From: a virus
Strand: one strand, 5' to 3'
Length of the DNA: 64,000 bases
Virus record (IMG/VR): IMGVR_UViG_3300023174_000074
Span: 62,809-126,808 of that record
The notes beneath the pieces are model-generated. The model made no database searches. It worked only from the letters and a program-made list of their open reading frames with translations, and was not told the DNA's origin. This document shows, piece after piece, positions 9,815-20,450 of the stretch (position 1 is its first letter; each line of letters begins with the position of its first letter). Position numbers and translations under genes: made by a program.

Positions 9815-10633
9815 TTATTTTAGTAAGTTATAGTATTCTTTGAAATGTTTTATGCGGTCTTGCAATCCCAAAATTCCGCCATTTACTCTTTTAGTTACTG
9901 ATGTAACAACCTGATCGGTAGCGCCCTGATCACAAATTGACCAAAGTTTATTGTTGTTGAAGAACCAAGCAGCAGAAGCCAAAGGATATTTAGTAGCGAC
10001 CAAACTAGGATTTGCCATAATATCATCATCTACAGTTTTATCAAAAGATTGGTGGTTAGCCTTGCCGGTTAACTGAATGAAACCTGCGCCTTTGTATTTC
10101 CACCCATCCCCAGATGCTTCGTCTCCGTTACCCATTCTTGATGCATAAACTCTATTAGCAATTTTTTCCGGGTTTCTTGCATATGACTCACTAATATTTC
10201 CTGGGAAATATTTGGGGAATGTTTTTTTTAATCCGTCAGCTGAATAGTTAAGGTTCTCTGTAACTGCTTTGAATCCCCCCGATTCGTGACCCGCTTGGGC
10301 CAAGAAGTGAGCTAATCTTAATACGTTAGTGATTCCGAATTTAGCTGCTGTATCTGGTATTTGTGCGATAACTGCATCTGGAATGTGTCCTCTTAAAGCA
10401 TCTAGTTTAAATGCTGAAGGTGGGATAGCTACTGGAGCTGCTACTGGAGAAGAGCCAAACATTTTAACCCAAGTTACGTCTCCTACTAAACCGTCTGCTG
10501 TTAGACCGTTAGCTGCTTGCCACGCTTTTACTTTTGCTTCCGTACCGGGACCAAAAGCACCATCGGCTGTTAAGCCTAATTTTTCTTGGAGTTTTTTTAC
10601 ATCATCTCCTTTAGATCCATTCTTCAGTAACAT
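9815..10633 (-). CDS. Endolysin: peptidoglycan-binding domain plus GH19 domain
   Basis: LKNGSKGDDVKKLQ...ADGAFGPGT; HFLAQAGHESGGF, ENLNYSA, IQLTGK, KRVNGG. Confidence 0.9.
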   Translation of the reverse strand: MLLKNGSKGDDVKKLQEKLGLTADGAFGPGTEAKVKAWQAANGLTADGLVGDVTWVKMFGSSPVAAPVAIPPSAFKLDALRGHIPDAVIAQIPDTAAKFGITNVLRLAHFLAQAGHESGGFKAVTENLNYSADGLKKTFPKYFPGNISESYARNPEKIANRVYASRMGNGDEASGDGWKYKGAGFIQLTGKANHQSFDKTVDDDIMANPSLVATKYPLASAAWFFNNNKLWSICDQGATDQVVTSVTKRVNGGILGLQDRIKHFKEYYNLLK

Positions 10634-10952
10634 ATTTTTTTGGTTTTTTTTTATATATCCCCGCTTTTTGTTTTTTTACTAAAGCGTTTATCCTATAGTT
10701 GAAACAAATTACTACATTTAGCTAAAGATAACAAATAAAATAAGATATGACAAAAATTTAGAACAAATTAAAGAATTATATGATAGTACTATGAACAGTA
10801 TATCGGATAAAAAATTTTCTTTGATGATGGCTATTGAGCACAAGAAAATTAATCCAAAGGTTGATGTTTTTTCAAAAGCAAAAGAATATTATAAATGGAT
10901 CATAGAATCTAATATTCCTGATGAACTTTAATAATAGCAATAAATTAAAAAT

Positions 10953-11627
10953 ATGATATACATTTCAGTGGATGTCGAAACAACAGGACTAGAAAAAGAT
11001 CGCTATCAGATTCTTTCAATCGGTGCTATCCTTGAGGACACAACCAAGAAACTTAGTTTTGAAGAGATACCTAAGTTTCACGCAGCCATCTTGCATAACG
11101 AGATAACAGGTTCACCCTTCGCTATCAATATGAATAGTAAGATCATCGAAGCAGTTGCTCAATATCAGAATGCAGAGAATCAGGATGAGAAGAACGATAT
11201 TGTACAGATGACTGGTATGCAATTCTATCAAGAGGATCAAGTTGTCGAAGGATTTTACCGCTGGCTTTTTGATAATGGACTGGTTGATTTTGATCCTTTG
11301 TTAGCGGGTCAAATGGTAGGGATAGAAAATGGAAAGAGCTATCCGGCTTTAACATCAAAGATGAAACCAGTTACAATTAACGTGGCGGGTAAAAACTTTG
11401 CTTCATTTGACAAACACTTCTTAGAGAGATTACCTAGATGGAAACAAGTTATCAGACTTAGACAACGCATCATCGATCCATCTGTCATCTTTACCAACTG
11501 GAACGAAGATAAGTCAATGCCTTCTTTATATGAATGCAAACAGAGAGCTAAAATCCAAGGCATAGTTACACACGATGCTTTAGAAGATGCTTGGGACGTT
11601 ATACAGTTACTGAGAACACAATATTAG
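10953..11627 (+). CDS. DEDDh 3'-5' exonuclease
   Basis: SVDVETTGL, GKNFASFD, HDALEDA. Confidence 0.85.
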   Translation: MIYISVDVETTGLEKDRYQILSIGAILEDTTKKLSFEEIPKFHAAILHNEITGSPFAINMNSKIIEAVAQYQNAENQDEKNDIVQMTGMQFYQEDQVVEGFYRWLFDNGLVDFDPLLAGQMVGIENGKSYPALTSKMKPVTINVAGKNFASFDKHFLERLPRWKQVIRLRQRIIDPSVIFTNWNEDKSMPSLYECKQRAKIQGIVTHDALEDAWDVIQLLRTQY

Positions 11628-11634
11628 TGATCAT

Positions 11635-11694
11635 TAGTCGCGGGAGAGAACGCAACAGATCATAAGGGTGAACATGTTCGAGCCATGGCTACTA
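11635..11694 (+). ncRNA. Degenerate tRNA-like element (CAT loop)
   Basis: TAGTCGC/GCTACTA acceptor-like stem, CATG-TTCGAGC-CATG T-arm, GATCATAAGGG shared with 57017-57086. Confidence 0.4.
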
Positions 11695-11914
11695 ATAAAT
11701 TGGGGAATATAAAAACAAAACAATATGGGATTTTTAACAAACATGATAAGCGCTACTATTAAGACAGCTCTTACACCTGTGGCTATAGTAAAAGATGTAG
11801 TAAGCATAGCTACTGGTGAAGAAGCAGATGCTACAAAGAACTTACTAAGTAGTGCAGCTGAAGATGTAGCCGACGCAGCAGACGAATTAGGAGACGGCGA
11901 ATTTCTTTAAACCT

Positions 11915-12577
11915 ATGGTTGATTACGAAATAGAGGAAATTCTGCCAAAGATATTTGCTCTTAAAATAGAGGACGGATATCAGAGGGCTATGCTTTTTAT
12001 GAGGAGTCAAGAACACTATGAATCTGCATTCCCCGAAATAAAAGGGAAACACTTCGATGCTTTTTTCTTTATGGAGACATATAGGAAATGGAAAGGTGTA
12101 GAATACTTTTCATATCCTGACGACTGGGCGGGTTTTAATGTGCCCGGTGAAATTGTCGAACTTTGCACTAAACATGTTTTAGATGCACGTAATGGACTTT
12201 TTCCTACCCCCTATGATTATATCATGGATTCGGTAATTAGCTCAATAAAGAGCAAAATAGGACCAGATACGAAATACTATTTACTTGGTGTAGATAGCTT
12301 TGATAGCAGAACGATGAATCATGAGTTAGCCCATGGTCTATATCACGTTAATCTAAAATATAAGGTGTCTACCTACGAGCTAGTCCTGGGTTTATCTAAG
12401 AAAATTTTTGAAGATATGGAAAGAATACTTTTAAATATGGGATATTGTGATGATGTAGTTTGTGATGAGATCCAAGCTTATATGTCTACGGGACTAACAG
12501 CAGATATGTCCAGGATAAAAGGTATAAAGAAAGAAACTAAATCTTTCTCTGACAACTTTAAAAAATATTTATCTTAA
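11915..12577 (+). CDS. Hypothetical protein with HExxH motif (putative zinc peptidase fold)
   Basis: MNHELAHGLY, DEIQAY. Confidence 0.55.
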   Translation: MVDYEIEEILPKIFALKIEDGYQRAMLFMRSQEHYESAFPEIKGKHFDAFFFMETYRKWKGVEYFSYPDDWAGFNVPGEIVELCTKHVLDARNGLFPTPYDYIMDSVISSIKSKIGPDTKYYLLGVDSFDSRTMNHELAHGLYHVNLKYKVSTYELVLGLSKKIFEDMERILLNMGYCDDVVCDEIQAYMSTGLTADMSRIKGIKKETKSFSDNFKKYLS

Positions 12578-12591
12578 TTTATAAAGAACGT

Positions 12592-12623
12592 AAAAAAAGC
12601 CTAGTTTATGCTAGGCTTTTTTT
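12592..12623. terminator. Bidirectional intrinsic terminator
   Basis: A7-GCCTAG-TTTATG-CTAGGC-T7 between convergent genes. Confidence 0.8.
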
Positions 12624-12639
12624 ATGGCATTATTTACTG

Positions 12640-14049
12640 CTATGGATTAGATGGATAACCAGACTCTCTATGAAGTTTTTCGAAAACTTCTTGTTGTTTT
12701 GACTCCTTTAAATACTTAGCAAGATCTCTGACGGTATCAAAATCTTTAGCATCTAGAGCTTTATCTATTAATTTTTCGATTTCTCTCTTAGAAAGTTCTG
12801 AATAATCAATTTCTTCAGGTTCTGCTTGTGCTCTACCTGGGGTTTCCTTGCTTGGCTCATAGTCATCATCATTATCAATGCCTGCTTGTCCTAGTTCATA
12901 TTTACCAATCTCTTCTGCTACCTCGTCGATAAACTCCTGTACTACTGGTTTAGCTTTAGAATCCTCATTAAGTATCATGTACATAAGATCAAGAAAATCT
13001 TTAGCATCCATTGCCATCATCTTGCCGAAAACGTGTTCCCTTAAGTTAGGTATGGTATCATATTCAGGGAAAGTACTGATAAAGTCTCTAAGATCTGCGG
13101 CAATTTCTGGGCCATATCTAAGATCTTCGATCTCATCTGCTAATGAATCCGTGTTCATTATAACAGTTTCTGCTGTTTCTTCATCATCAGGAATACCAAC
13201 TGCAGCGATAAGTTCATAGATACCTTTAACCGATTCGTGAAGTAGCATAGCGAAATCAGTACCTAATGCATTGATAGTAGGTCCGGTTTGTGCGAATAGT
13301 TCTTCAGTTTCCTCTGGTACTTCTATACCGTCTTCTAATTCACTTAAGATCCTTTGTGCAAGCTCTTCAGGATTCTCTTCTTCGTCGGTGTTCCATTCAA
13401 CTGTTACAGATCCGCTGAATCCTGATTTATCCGCTGTCCACATCGCTAACTGAACTTCCATTGGGATTTGCCAATCGAAGAATCCAGCGATTTCTGTGAT
13501 CTTATTAAGTAGATCTTTATACTCTGCACCTTGCTCTTGCCCTAAGATCCTAGTTAAACCATCTCTAACCTCAGGTAGATTTAGTATTAGCTTAGTGTTC
13601 TTAGCTTCCCCTTGGGTGATGTTGTTTGCTATCTCTCTTTTTTGAATTTCTGAAATGATGTTAGCATCCTTAAGCTCTTTAAGCTGTGGCATTTCTGGTG
13701 GTTCTGATGGAACATTTTCCATAGATTTCTTAATCTGATCATCCTTAGGAAACTTAATGTTTAACGTGACTTCCTCTAGAATAGACCCGTAATAAGCTCT
13801 AATTGCATCTTCTGCAAGCTTTTCTAGTTCCTTTTCTTTTCCTGCTTGAATTTGTCTTACTCTAGAAACAAATGACATGAATCTAGGAATATCAGCGCCA
13901 TGTCTTCTTTGTAGAGCATCAAGTTTTTCTTTGGCTCTACCTTCAACCTTTGAAAGGTAATCGCCTTCTTTTCCGCCTTCTCCCGGTATTCCTGGGTTAT
14001 CTTTCAGAGAGGCTTCGTCTACTAATTTTGTAAATGATTTAAAATTCAT
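12640..14049 (-). CDS. Acidic hypothetical protein, putative virion protein
   Basis: 469 aa; N-terminal MNFKSFTKLVDE. Confidence 0.6.
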   Translation of the reverse strand: MNFKSFTKLVDEASLKDNPGIPGEGGKEGDYLSKVEGRAKEKLDALQRRHGADIPRFMSFVSRVRQIQAGKEKELEKLAEDAIRAYYGSILEEVTLNIKFPKDDQIKKSMENVPSEPPEMPQLKELKDANIISEIQKREIANNITQGEAKNTKLILNLPEVRDGLTRILGQEQGAEYKDLLNKITEIAGFFDWQIPMEVQLAMWTADKSGFSGSVTVEWNTDEEENPEELAQRILSELEDGIEVPEETEELFAQTGPTINALGTDFAMLLHESVKGIYELIAAVGIPDDEETAETVIMNTDSLADEIEDLRYGPEIAADLRDFISTFPEYDTIPNLREHVFGKMMAMDAKDFLDLMYMILNEDSKAKPVVQEFIDEVAEEIGKYELGQAGIDNDDDYEPSKETPGRAQAEPEEIDYSELSKREIEKLIDKALDAKDFDTVRDLAKYLKESKQQEVFEKLHRESGYPSNP

Positions 14050-14305
14050 ATTTTTGTTTTAATTTTGAAATGTTAAATTTTATAGGGGCGTTAGCCTTCT
14101 TAAGTTCCCTCATAAATCTATCAACAACGTCAGCTGCTTTAGCTTTAGTACCTGGCTTAACAGATGGTTTGTCCCTTCTGATTGGGCTTGGTCTTGAAGG
14201 AGTTGGCTTGGTACTTGGAGCAGTACTTGGCTTTGTAGTTGGCTGGCTAGGAGCTGTTTGTGGCTTAGTTGCCAAAAACTCTTCTATTTTGGTAAAAACT
14301 TTCAT
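14039..14305 (-). CDS. Pro/Thr-rich small protein, putative virion protein
   Basis: MKVFTKIEEF, PTTKPSTAPSTKP; GATATATATC palindrome upstream. Confidence 0.55.
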   Translation of the reverse strand: MKVFTKIEEFLATKPQTAPSQPTTKPSTAPSTKPTPSRPSPIRRDKPSVKPGTKAKAADVVDRFMRELKKANAPIKFNISKLKQKYEF

Positions 14306-14365
14306 AGTTGTTTTTTAATTTAGATATATATCTTCATATAAAAAAAAAATATAAAATTATATCTT

Positions 14366-15940
14366 ATGATGAAATATAGTTTCCCAACATTTACAGAGAA
14401 ACAAGCTCTGATGGAAAATGTCCAAGCTGCTAAGGATTATCTTTTGAAGAGATATGCCCTGAAAAATAAGATTAAAACATCCGAAATAGATGACGAAACA
14501 AGAAAAAAGATCCTAGAAGATCCAAAATTTAAAGAGGTTAAGGATCTAACCGAGAAATCTCCGGGTTACACCCCAATGTTCGCAAAATTCAGATTTGATC
14601 AAAAAGCTCACATGGAAGAGTTAAAAGAGATTTTTGACAATCTAATGAAATATAAGCAAACCTTAGGACAGGATTTGTCTATGAACATTAACGATTACGC
14701 TAAAGTTGAGCCCACAGAAGATGATATCCGTCCAGGATATGAGGTTTTGGGTGATGATCTTAGAAATATCGAAAGAAAAAGAAAGCTTAAAAAACTATAT
14801 GCTGAGTTAACTCCTAGAATGAAAAAATCTTTCTCTAAGGCAACGGACAAGCAAATCAAGGAGCTTACTGAAATTGCAAATCAGCTTGAACTTATTAAAA
14901 AGAAGAAAGTTTTAGAAAGTCCAAGAGGTGATAAAAAAGAGTCAAGCGCATTTGAAGCTTTCTGCTGGACGCTTAAGAAATATGATGACACTACCACTTA
15001 TCCAGAGTACAGAGACGAAAAGGTTGCTTTTGCGGATCTTATTAGAGACTCATTAGAATTCGCTGAAGGTTGGAGTCAAGACGAGTCCGGATTACTTAAG
15101 AAGCTTAAAGATCTTGGTCCAATGGCAGGAATTCTTTATGCTAAGGACGGTTACATAGTGGAATCAGCTAGAACACCAGAAGCTCAAAGAGCAATATGTG
15201 CAGATACCAACTGGTGTATTAGAACAGATTCAACATTCTGGTCATATGGTGGTGGAAGAATACAGATCAACATCATCAATTCAAACGTTCCTATTACCGA
15301 TATCCACAGTTTAGTAGGAATAACTGTTAATCCTGACGGATCAATCCACACTGATGCTACCAGGCCTAATAGTAGACTAAGAGATAAGAACGGTAAACAG
15401 TACAGAACGCTAAAAGATGCTTTAGAAGGACTTGATTACCCTAAGGATCTAATCGACACCGTAATGGCTAAGTTCAAAATGGAGTGCGATATTAAAATCG
15501 CTCTTGAAAGATACTATAAAGAAGGGGTTGGTCTTACTATTAGAAACATTATAGAATCTCTTATAACGACATCGAAAGGTTTCTTATCTGGTGCTATGCC
15601 ACAGGAAGACTGGGAGAAGATCTCCGGATTGGTTGCTCAAATCATTTTTGAGGTTAAAAAAGATCTTAAGAAGAGCGATTTCATGAACGAATTCAAACAA
15701 TATGGTATTTTCAGTGAGGCAACATTAAATGTATTCGATAGACTTATCGGAGACGATTACACTAAAGCCGACATCGAAGATATATTAAAAGCAACAGAAA
15801 AAGGTATCGAAGAGATTAAGTACGTTTTAGAACTTAATTCAGAAGGAAGCCTTCCTCTAAAACCCGCTCAGGTTGAAATCATGAAAAATGTGGTTAAAGA
15901 AGAGCAAAACATAGCTAAAAGAATTAAATCTAAATTATAA
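14366..15940 (+). CDS. Hypothetical protein, putative virion protein
   Basis: 524 aa; TNWCI motif; late motif upstream. Confidence 0.65.
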   Translation: MMKYSFPTFTEKQALMENVQAAKDYLLKRYALKNKIKTSEIDDETRKKILEDPKFKEVKDLTEKSPGYTPMFAKFRFDQKAHMEELKEIFDNLMKYKQTLGQDLSMNINDYAKVEPTEDDIRPGYEVLGDDLRNIERKRKLKKLYAELTPRMKKSFSKATDKQIKELTEIANQLELIKKKKVLESPRGDKKESSAFEAFCWTLKKYDDTTTYPEYRDEKVAFADLIRDSLEFAEGWSQDESGLLKKLKDLGPMAGILYAKDGYIVESARTPEAQRAICADTNWCIRTDSTFWSYGGGRIQINIINSNVPITDIHSLVGITVNPDGSIHTDATRPNSRLRDKNGKQYRTLKDALEGLDYPKDLIDTVMAKFKMECDIKIALERYYKEGVGLTIRNIIESLITTSKGFLSGAMPQEDWEKISGLVAQIIFEVKKDLKKSDFMNEFKQYGIFSEATLNVFDRLIGDDYTKADIEDILKATEKGIEEIKYVLELNSEGSLPLKPAQVEIMKNVVKEEQNIAKRIKSKL

Positions 15941-15941
15941 T

Positions 15942-17243
15942 ATGGAAAAAGTTTCAAATTACGAAGAATTTATTAAAAATTCGGGGAAAGAAGAATCTAT
16001 AAAAAATTCGGATCAAGAAGAATTTATAGGTGAAGCCTATTGGAGTAGAAGCTGGCTTAATCCTCCAGGAAGAGAATTAATAGATGCTTTCGACGGAGAC
16101 CTTCCATCTGCAAGAGATCTTAAAAGAGGGTTATATGTAACCGTTCAGAGATTAGATGGTCAAAAGATCAGATTGGAGATCAGAGGAAGCTCAATGCCTA
16201 AAACTGCTATGTGGGTTAACGAGGATGGAAATTACTGTTGTGAACACTACTCAAGTAAACCAGGATTAGAAACATACGGATTTGCTAGTTTCGATACACC
16301 ACAAGAACTTTTCAGACACATCTGGCTTAGAATAGTTAAGAACGGTATCCCTGCTTCACTTATAAGCAAGAGAGACGTTAACGAGAAGGTAGATTTTGAT
16401 AAAATGTACCCAGCAGGTGAAGAACTTACTCTTGATCAAATTAGAGAAAGACTTAAACCTATGATGGGAGGAGATCAATTAGCTCATCCTAATAACACCG
16501 AACTACTTCAATTGGCAACAATGCAAAGGCTAATCGAGCTTGATTTCATAGGAAAGATTGAAAGATATTCTAGTAATAGTAAAGCAGTTAACCTGGTAAG
16601 GGATATTTCTAAAGGTGGTAAAGTTAAATACTACTTCTATCTAAGAGCATTAGAAAGAGCTAAAGAACTTTATGGAGATCTAATTAAAGATCTAGTAGGT
16701 GGAGATGCACACGGACAAATGATTCAGAAAACTGACTACGAAACTTGGACAGTTACTAACACACAAAGAATGCCAATCAACTCAGTTAACTTTAGAACCG
16801 GAGAAAACACTTTAAGATGTAGATTAGAGGACATTGAAATGTTCAACGCGATTTTTATTGCTATCGCAAAAAGAACTTTTAAAAGAGCAAAGGGTAAATC
16901 AATAAACGAGAAATTGGTTATACCTGGATGGAGAGCATCAGCAGAAGATAAAGAGACGATGGAAGAGCTTAACGATCTTCTTGCAAACTATTTTCACGAT
17001 GCAGCTGCGGAAGTAAGTCAAACTGTTTTCTTTGATAAAGAACATGACACGACAGCAGTACATGAGAATGCTAAGGCAATTCTAATTAAGTACCTTTTAA
17101 AAGAAGGTTCAATGTCAGTTAAGAGTCTAATCACAGGAAACGATAGAATGTCTCAATATGTTGATATGGCAACTAGAATCGAAGATATTGACGGATTAAC
17201 TAAGAGATTGATCAATGTTTCTAGAGCATTAAGATACGTATAA
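15942..17243 (+). CDS. Hypothetical protein, putative virion protein
   Basis: 433 aa; N-terminal 9-aa repeats (EEFIKNSGK/EESIKNSDQ/EEFI). Confidence 0.65.
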   Translation: MEKVSNYEEFIKNSGKEESIKNSDQEEFIGEAYWSRSWLNPPGRELIDAFDGDLPSARDLKRGLYVTVQRLDGQKIRLEIRGSSMPKTAMWVNEDGNYCCEHYSSKPGLETYGFASFDTPQELFRHIWLRIVKNGIPASLISKRDVNEKVDFDKMYPAGEELTLDQIRERLKPMMGGDQLAHPNNTELLQLATMQRLIELDFIGKIERYSSNSKAVNLVRDISKGGKVKYYFYLRALERAKELYGDLIKDLVGGDAHGQMIQKTDYETWTVTNTQRMPINSVNFRTGENTLRCRLEDIEMFNAIFIAIAKRTFKRAKGKSINEKLVIPGWRASAEDKETMEELNDLLANYFHDAAAEVSQTVFFDKEHDTTAVHENAKAILIKYLLKEGSMSVKSLITGNDRMSQYVDMATRIEDIDGLTKRLINVSRALRYV

Positions 17244-17244
17244 T

Positions 17245-17496
17245 ATGAAACAACTTAAACCGATAACAAGCTTTATAGCAGAGAGAAAAAGGCAGGACTT
17301 TTGCAAAGGATGCGGAAAAAGCATAGAGGACCAGGAAAAAGAATGTCCAACCTGTGGAGCATTTCCACAAAAGGCTTATCATGAGAGGGCAGCAGTTAAA
17401 ACTCTAGGTATTTCTAAATGGCTTCAGAACTCGCCTGTTATGCAGCCAAATCAAAAACTAAGTGAGAATACAATTACCAGACTTAGAGAATTCTAA
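17245..17496 (+). CDS. Zinc-ribbon protein
   Basis: CKGC...CPTC. Confidence 0.6.
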   Translation: MKQLKPITSFIAERKRQDFCKGCGKSIEDQEKECPTCGAFPQKAYHERAAVKTLGISKWLQNSPVMQPNQKLSENTITRLREF

Positions 17497-17518
17497 GAAA
17501 TAAATTTTAACATAATTA

Positions 17519-17547
17519 AAATCCAGGCAGCAGTCTGGATTTTTTTT
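17519..17547 (+). terminator. Intrinsic terminator
   Basis: ATCCAGGC-AGCA-GTCTGGAT followed by T tract. Confidence 0.7.
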
Positions 17548-18170
17548 GGAAAACATTTTTTTTATCCGTAGCCAGATATTACTTTTGCTTCAAAGAAGCT
17601 ATGTATTATGAACATAAAAATATGGGACTCTAGAAATGAGCAATGGCTTGAGCCAATGTCAATTTATTTTGGCAAGGAAATACCATCCGGAAAATAAATG
17701 CAGTTAAACCCGGAACTGATCCTCTTTCCGATGGTTGGTATGATATCCAAGGGGAAGATTTAAAAAAAGTTGCCATGATTGGGAATTTTGAGTATAATGT
17801 AGAATTGCTAAGTATTAACAAAGGAAGGAAAAATTAAAAAGAGAAAGATGAAAATAAATTGTATACAGAGAAAAAAGCCGGGGAACTTTTGATAGCAATG
17901 AATAGTTTAAAATCTTAAGAGAATGAAAACACTAACCCAGATAACTAAATTAAGACCTGAATTCAAATTCGGAGACATGACAATGATTGACTGGTTCGAG
18001 GTATCTTCAGGTCATGGATACTGCTGTATAAGGAGCGGGCTTAGGCATGCTGACGGTGAAACAAAATCCCCATACTATTATGAAAATTGTATCGGCGGAA
18101 AAAATGCTAAAAAAGAAGCATTAACTAAATTTAATCAATGGTACGAATCTCTTAATAAAGCAAGACTGAT

Positions 18171-18401
18171 ATGAAAACTATAATCCACGTAAACCAACAC
18201 AACATCAAGGTCAATGCTAAGGGTGAAAATAAACCTGTTATCACATGCAAGACATATAAGACAAACACTTATGCAAACGAAGTCACGATATATGGACAGG
18301 ATGGACTCCCGGCTGCTAGGATAATCTACTCAAAAGATAAACCGCTCTCATGTGGTGCCAAAGTTTGGATAGAAACTTATGGCAAAGTGGAGACTAAATA
18401 A
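18171..18401 (+). CDS. Hypothetical phage protein
   Basis: IHVNQHNIK...YSKDKPLSCGAKVWIET. Confidence 0.65.
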   Translation: MKTIIHVNQHNIKVNAKGENKPVITCKTYKTNTYANEVTIYGQDGLPAARIIYSKDKPLSCGAKVWIETYGKVETK

Positions 18402-18405
18402 GAAG

Positions 18406-19008
18406 ATGAACAATTTTGACCTCATAAGAAAAATGTTAAGCTTCCCTGACGAGAACGCTTTCTACTTTCTTCAAATACTTAAAAGAAGAAAGGACAATCC
18501 TGATCTAGGGAAGGATATGATCCATATTGCGGACTACTATATCTATAGTCTGGAACAGTTCGATGGATTAAGGCAGAGAATTATACATCAATGCGACACA
18601 GAGAATGCCAGAGCATACTTTAGACTTAATCGTAGGGACTCTAAGAAGGTCGCTATGCAAGTTTTAAAGAGAACGGTAGATCATATTATGTCTGAAAATT
18701 ATCGTGCAGTTAAGAACGCCTTTGCGTCCTGTGCGGGTGAATTTAATTCAGATCCTGATAAGACTTGGATAGTTGATATAGATAATATTTCTATCGACAC
18801 TTTCAATCATTCTGGGGAACAAAAGAAAATTAGACAACTAGTATATGATCTTCAGGTTGACACTGGAAAGGAACCGATCATGAACATTATACCCACCAAA
18901 GGAGGTGTTCATATCATAACCAGACCATTCAATTTGGATAAATTTAAAACACAATACCCGGAAATAGATGTTCACCGGGATAATCCGACGATTTTATATT
19001 GCCCATGA
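18406..19008 (+). CDS. Hypothetical phage protein (possible AEP/primpol-like fold)
   Basis: FLQILKRRKDNP, WIVDID, PTKGGVHIITRPF. Confidence 0.55.
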   Translation: MNNFDLIRKMLSFPDENAFYFLQILKRRKDNPDLGKDMIHIADYYIYSLEQFDGLRQRIIHQCDTENARAYFRLNRRDSKKVAMQVLKRTVDHIMSENYRAVKNAFASCAGEFNSDPDKTWIVDIDNISIDTFNHSGEQKKIRQLVYDLQVDTGKEPIMNIIPTKGGVHIITRPFNLDKFKTQYPEIDVHRDNPTILYCP

Positions 19009-20450
19009 GTAAAGTTAAAAAAAAACCAATAATAGATTTAGAATCTCTTAACACGGATCAGAAGACAGCTTTTGAAGATTTAAGGGATTTCGTTTGTGAT
19101 AAGGGAGATGATAGCGTCTATGTGCTAAAAGGTTGGGCAGGAACAGGAAAGACCTATTGTGTGAGTGTGCTTGTCAGATATGTGCTCGAGGTGATACACC
19201 CGACACATAATTGGTATAGAATAGCAGTTACAGGACCAACCAATAAATCAGTGAGGGTTATTAAAAAAACCAGCGGGCTGAAAAATCCTAGGGTTTCGTT
19301 TCAAACCATTCATAAAATGCTTGGTCTAACCGAAAGGATAACCAAAGAAGGTGTACAGGAATTTGTTAATCAAGGGGATTTCCAACCAAAGATAAAGACG
19401 GTAAAGCTACTTATTATCGACGAGGTTTCGATGCTGAATGATGATCTGTTTCAAGAAGTATTAAAATACAGAGACAAGATAAAAATTATCTGCATGGGAG
19501 ATCCTGCACAGATTCCCCCTGTAGGTAAACCCGATTGTATTCCTTTTAGAGAAGAGCTTGCTGCAGGCTATAGAATTAAAACTCTTAGTCTAAAACAGAT
19601 CATGCGTCAGAAGAAAGATAATGCTATTATCGAATCATCTGTGGCTATTAGATCTGAATTAGGTAGAGCTAAAAATCCAGTTGAACCCGTTACAAAGCTA
19701 AATGAGAAAGGTGAAGGAATAGAATTTCTTAATCTCAATATTCCTGAGACAAGAAAAGGATTCTCAGAAATACTGAGACGATATTTTGTCACCGATGAAT
19801 TTAAAAAAGATTCTGAGTATGCAAAGATCATTGCATGGAGAAATAAAACTGTTGCAACCATGAATGATGTTATTCGTAAAGTTATCTACGGAGACGAAGC
19901 ATTAGGATCAAAGATATTGGTTGGGGAAAAACTAATCGCAAACAATCCGATCATTCAAGGTGAGTCAATAGTTCTGAACACCAACGACGAATTCAGTGTG
20001 GATAGTTTTACTATCGGTAGCGATGATCTTAGATATCACATATCAGATCAACCCGATGCCGAACCATTTCCAATAACACTAAAGTATTATGAAACTGTTG
20101 TTAGCTATCTTGATGATGAGGATGAAACGGTAAGGGTTAACATACAAATTCTACACGAGGACAGCGAGATGGATTTTAAAAAGCTGGCTAATATTCTAAA
20201 GCTTAGAGCTATAGAAAAGAAAGGCAAAGATAAAAGCTGGATAGTGTACTACAACTTTCTTAGAAAGTATGCTGATGTGAATTATGCTTATTGCACTAGC
20301 GCACACAAATCACAGGGAAGCACATACAATACAACATTTGTTCTGGAGGATGACATAAATCAAAATTTTAATATAATTGAAAAAAATAGAATACTTTATA
20401 CCTCCTATACTAGAGCCAGTAGAAAGCTGTATGTACTTAGAAGATTTTAG
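19005..20450 (+). CDS. Dda/RecD-like SF1 DNA helicase
   Basis: GWAGTGKT, PTNK, TIHK, IIDEVSM, GDPAQIPPV, HKSQGSTY, YTRA. Confidence 0.9.
   Translation: MSKVKKKPIIDLESLNTDQKTAFEDLRDFVCDKGDDSVYVLKGWAGTGKTYCVSVLVRYVLEVIHPTHNWYRIAVTGPTNKSVRVIKKTSGLKNPRVSFQTIHKMLGLTERITKEGVQEFVNQGDFQPKIKTVKLLIIDEVSMLNDDLFQEVLKYRDKIKIICMGDPAQIPPVGKPDCIPFREELAAGYRIKTLSLKQIMRQKKDNAIIESSVAIRSELGRAKNPVEPVTKLNEKGEGIEFLNLNIPETRKGFSEILRRYFVTDEFKKDSEYAKIIAWRNKTVATMNDVIRKVIYGDEALGSKILVGEKLIANNPIIQGESIVLNTNDEFSVDSFTIGSDDLRYHISDQPDAEPFPITLKYYETVVSYLDDEDETVRVNIQILHEDSEMDFKKLANILKLRAIEKKGKDKSWIVYYNFLRKYADVNYAYCTSAHKSQGSTYNTTFVLEDDINQNFNIIEKNRILYTSYTRASRKLYVLRRF

Noticed and set aside
10329-14318. Antisense ORFs such as 10329-10682, 12878-13219 and 14070-14318
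   Set aside because: Fully overlap well-supported genes on the opposite strand and have no motifs.
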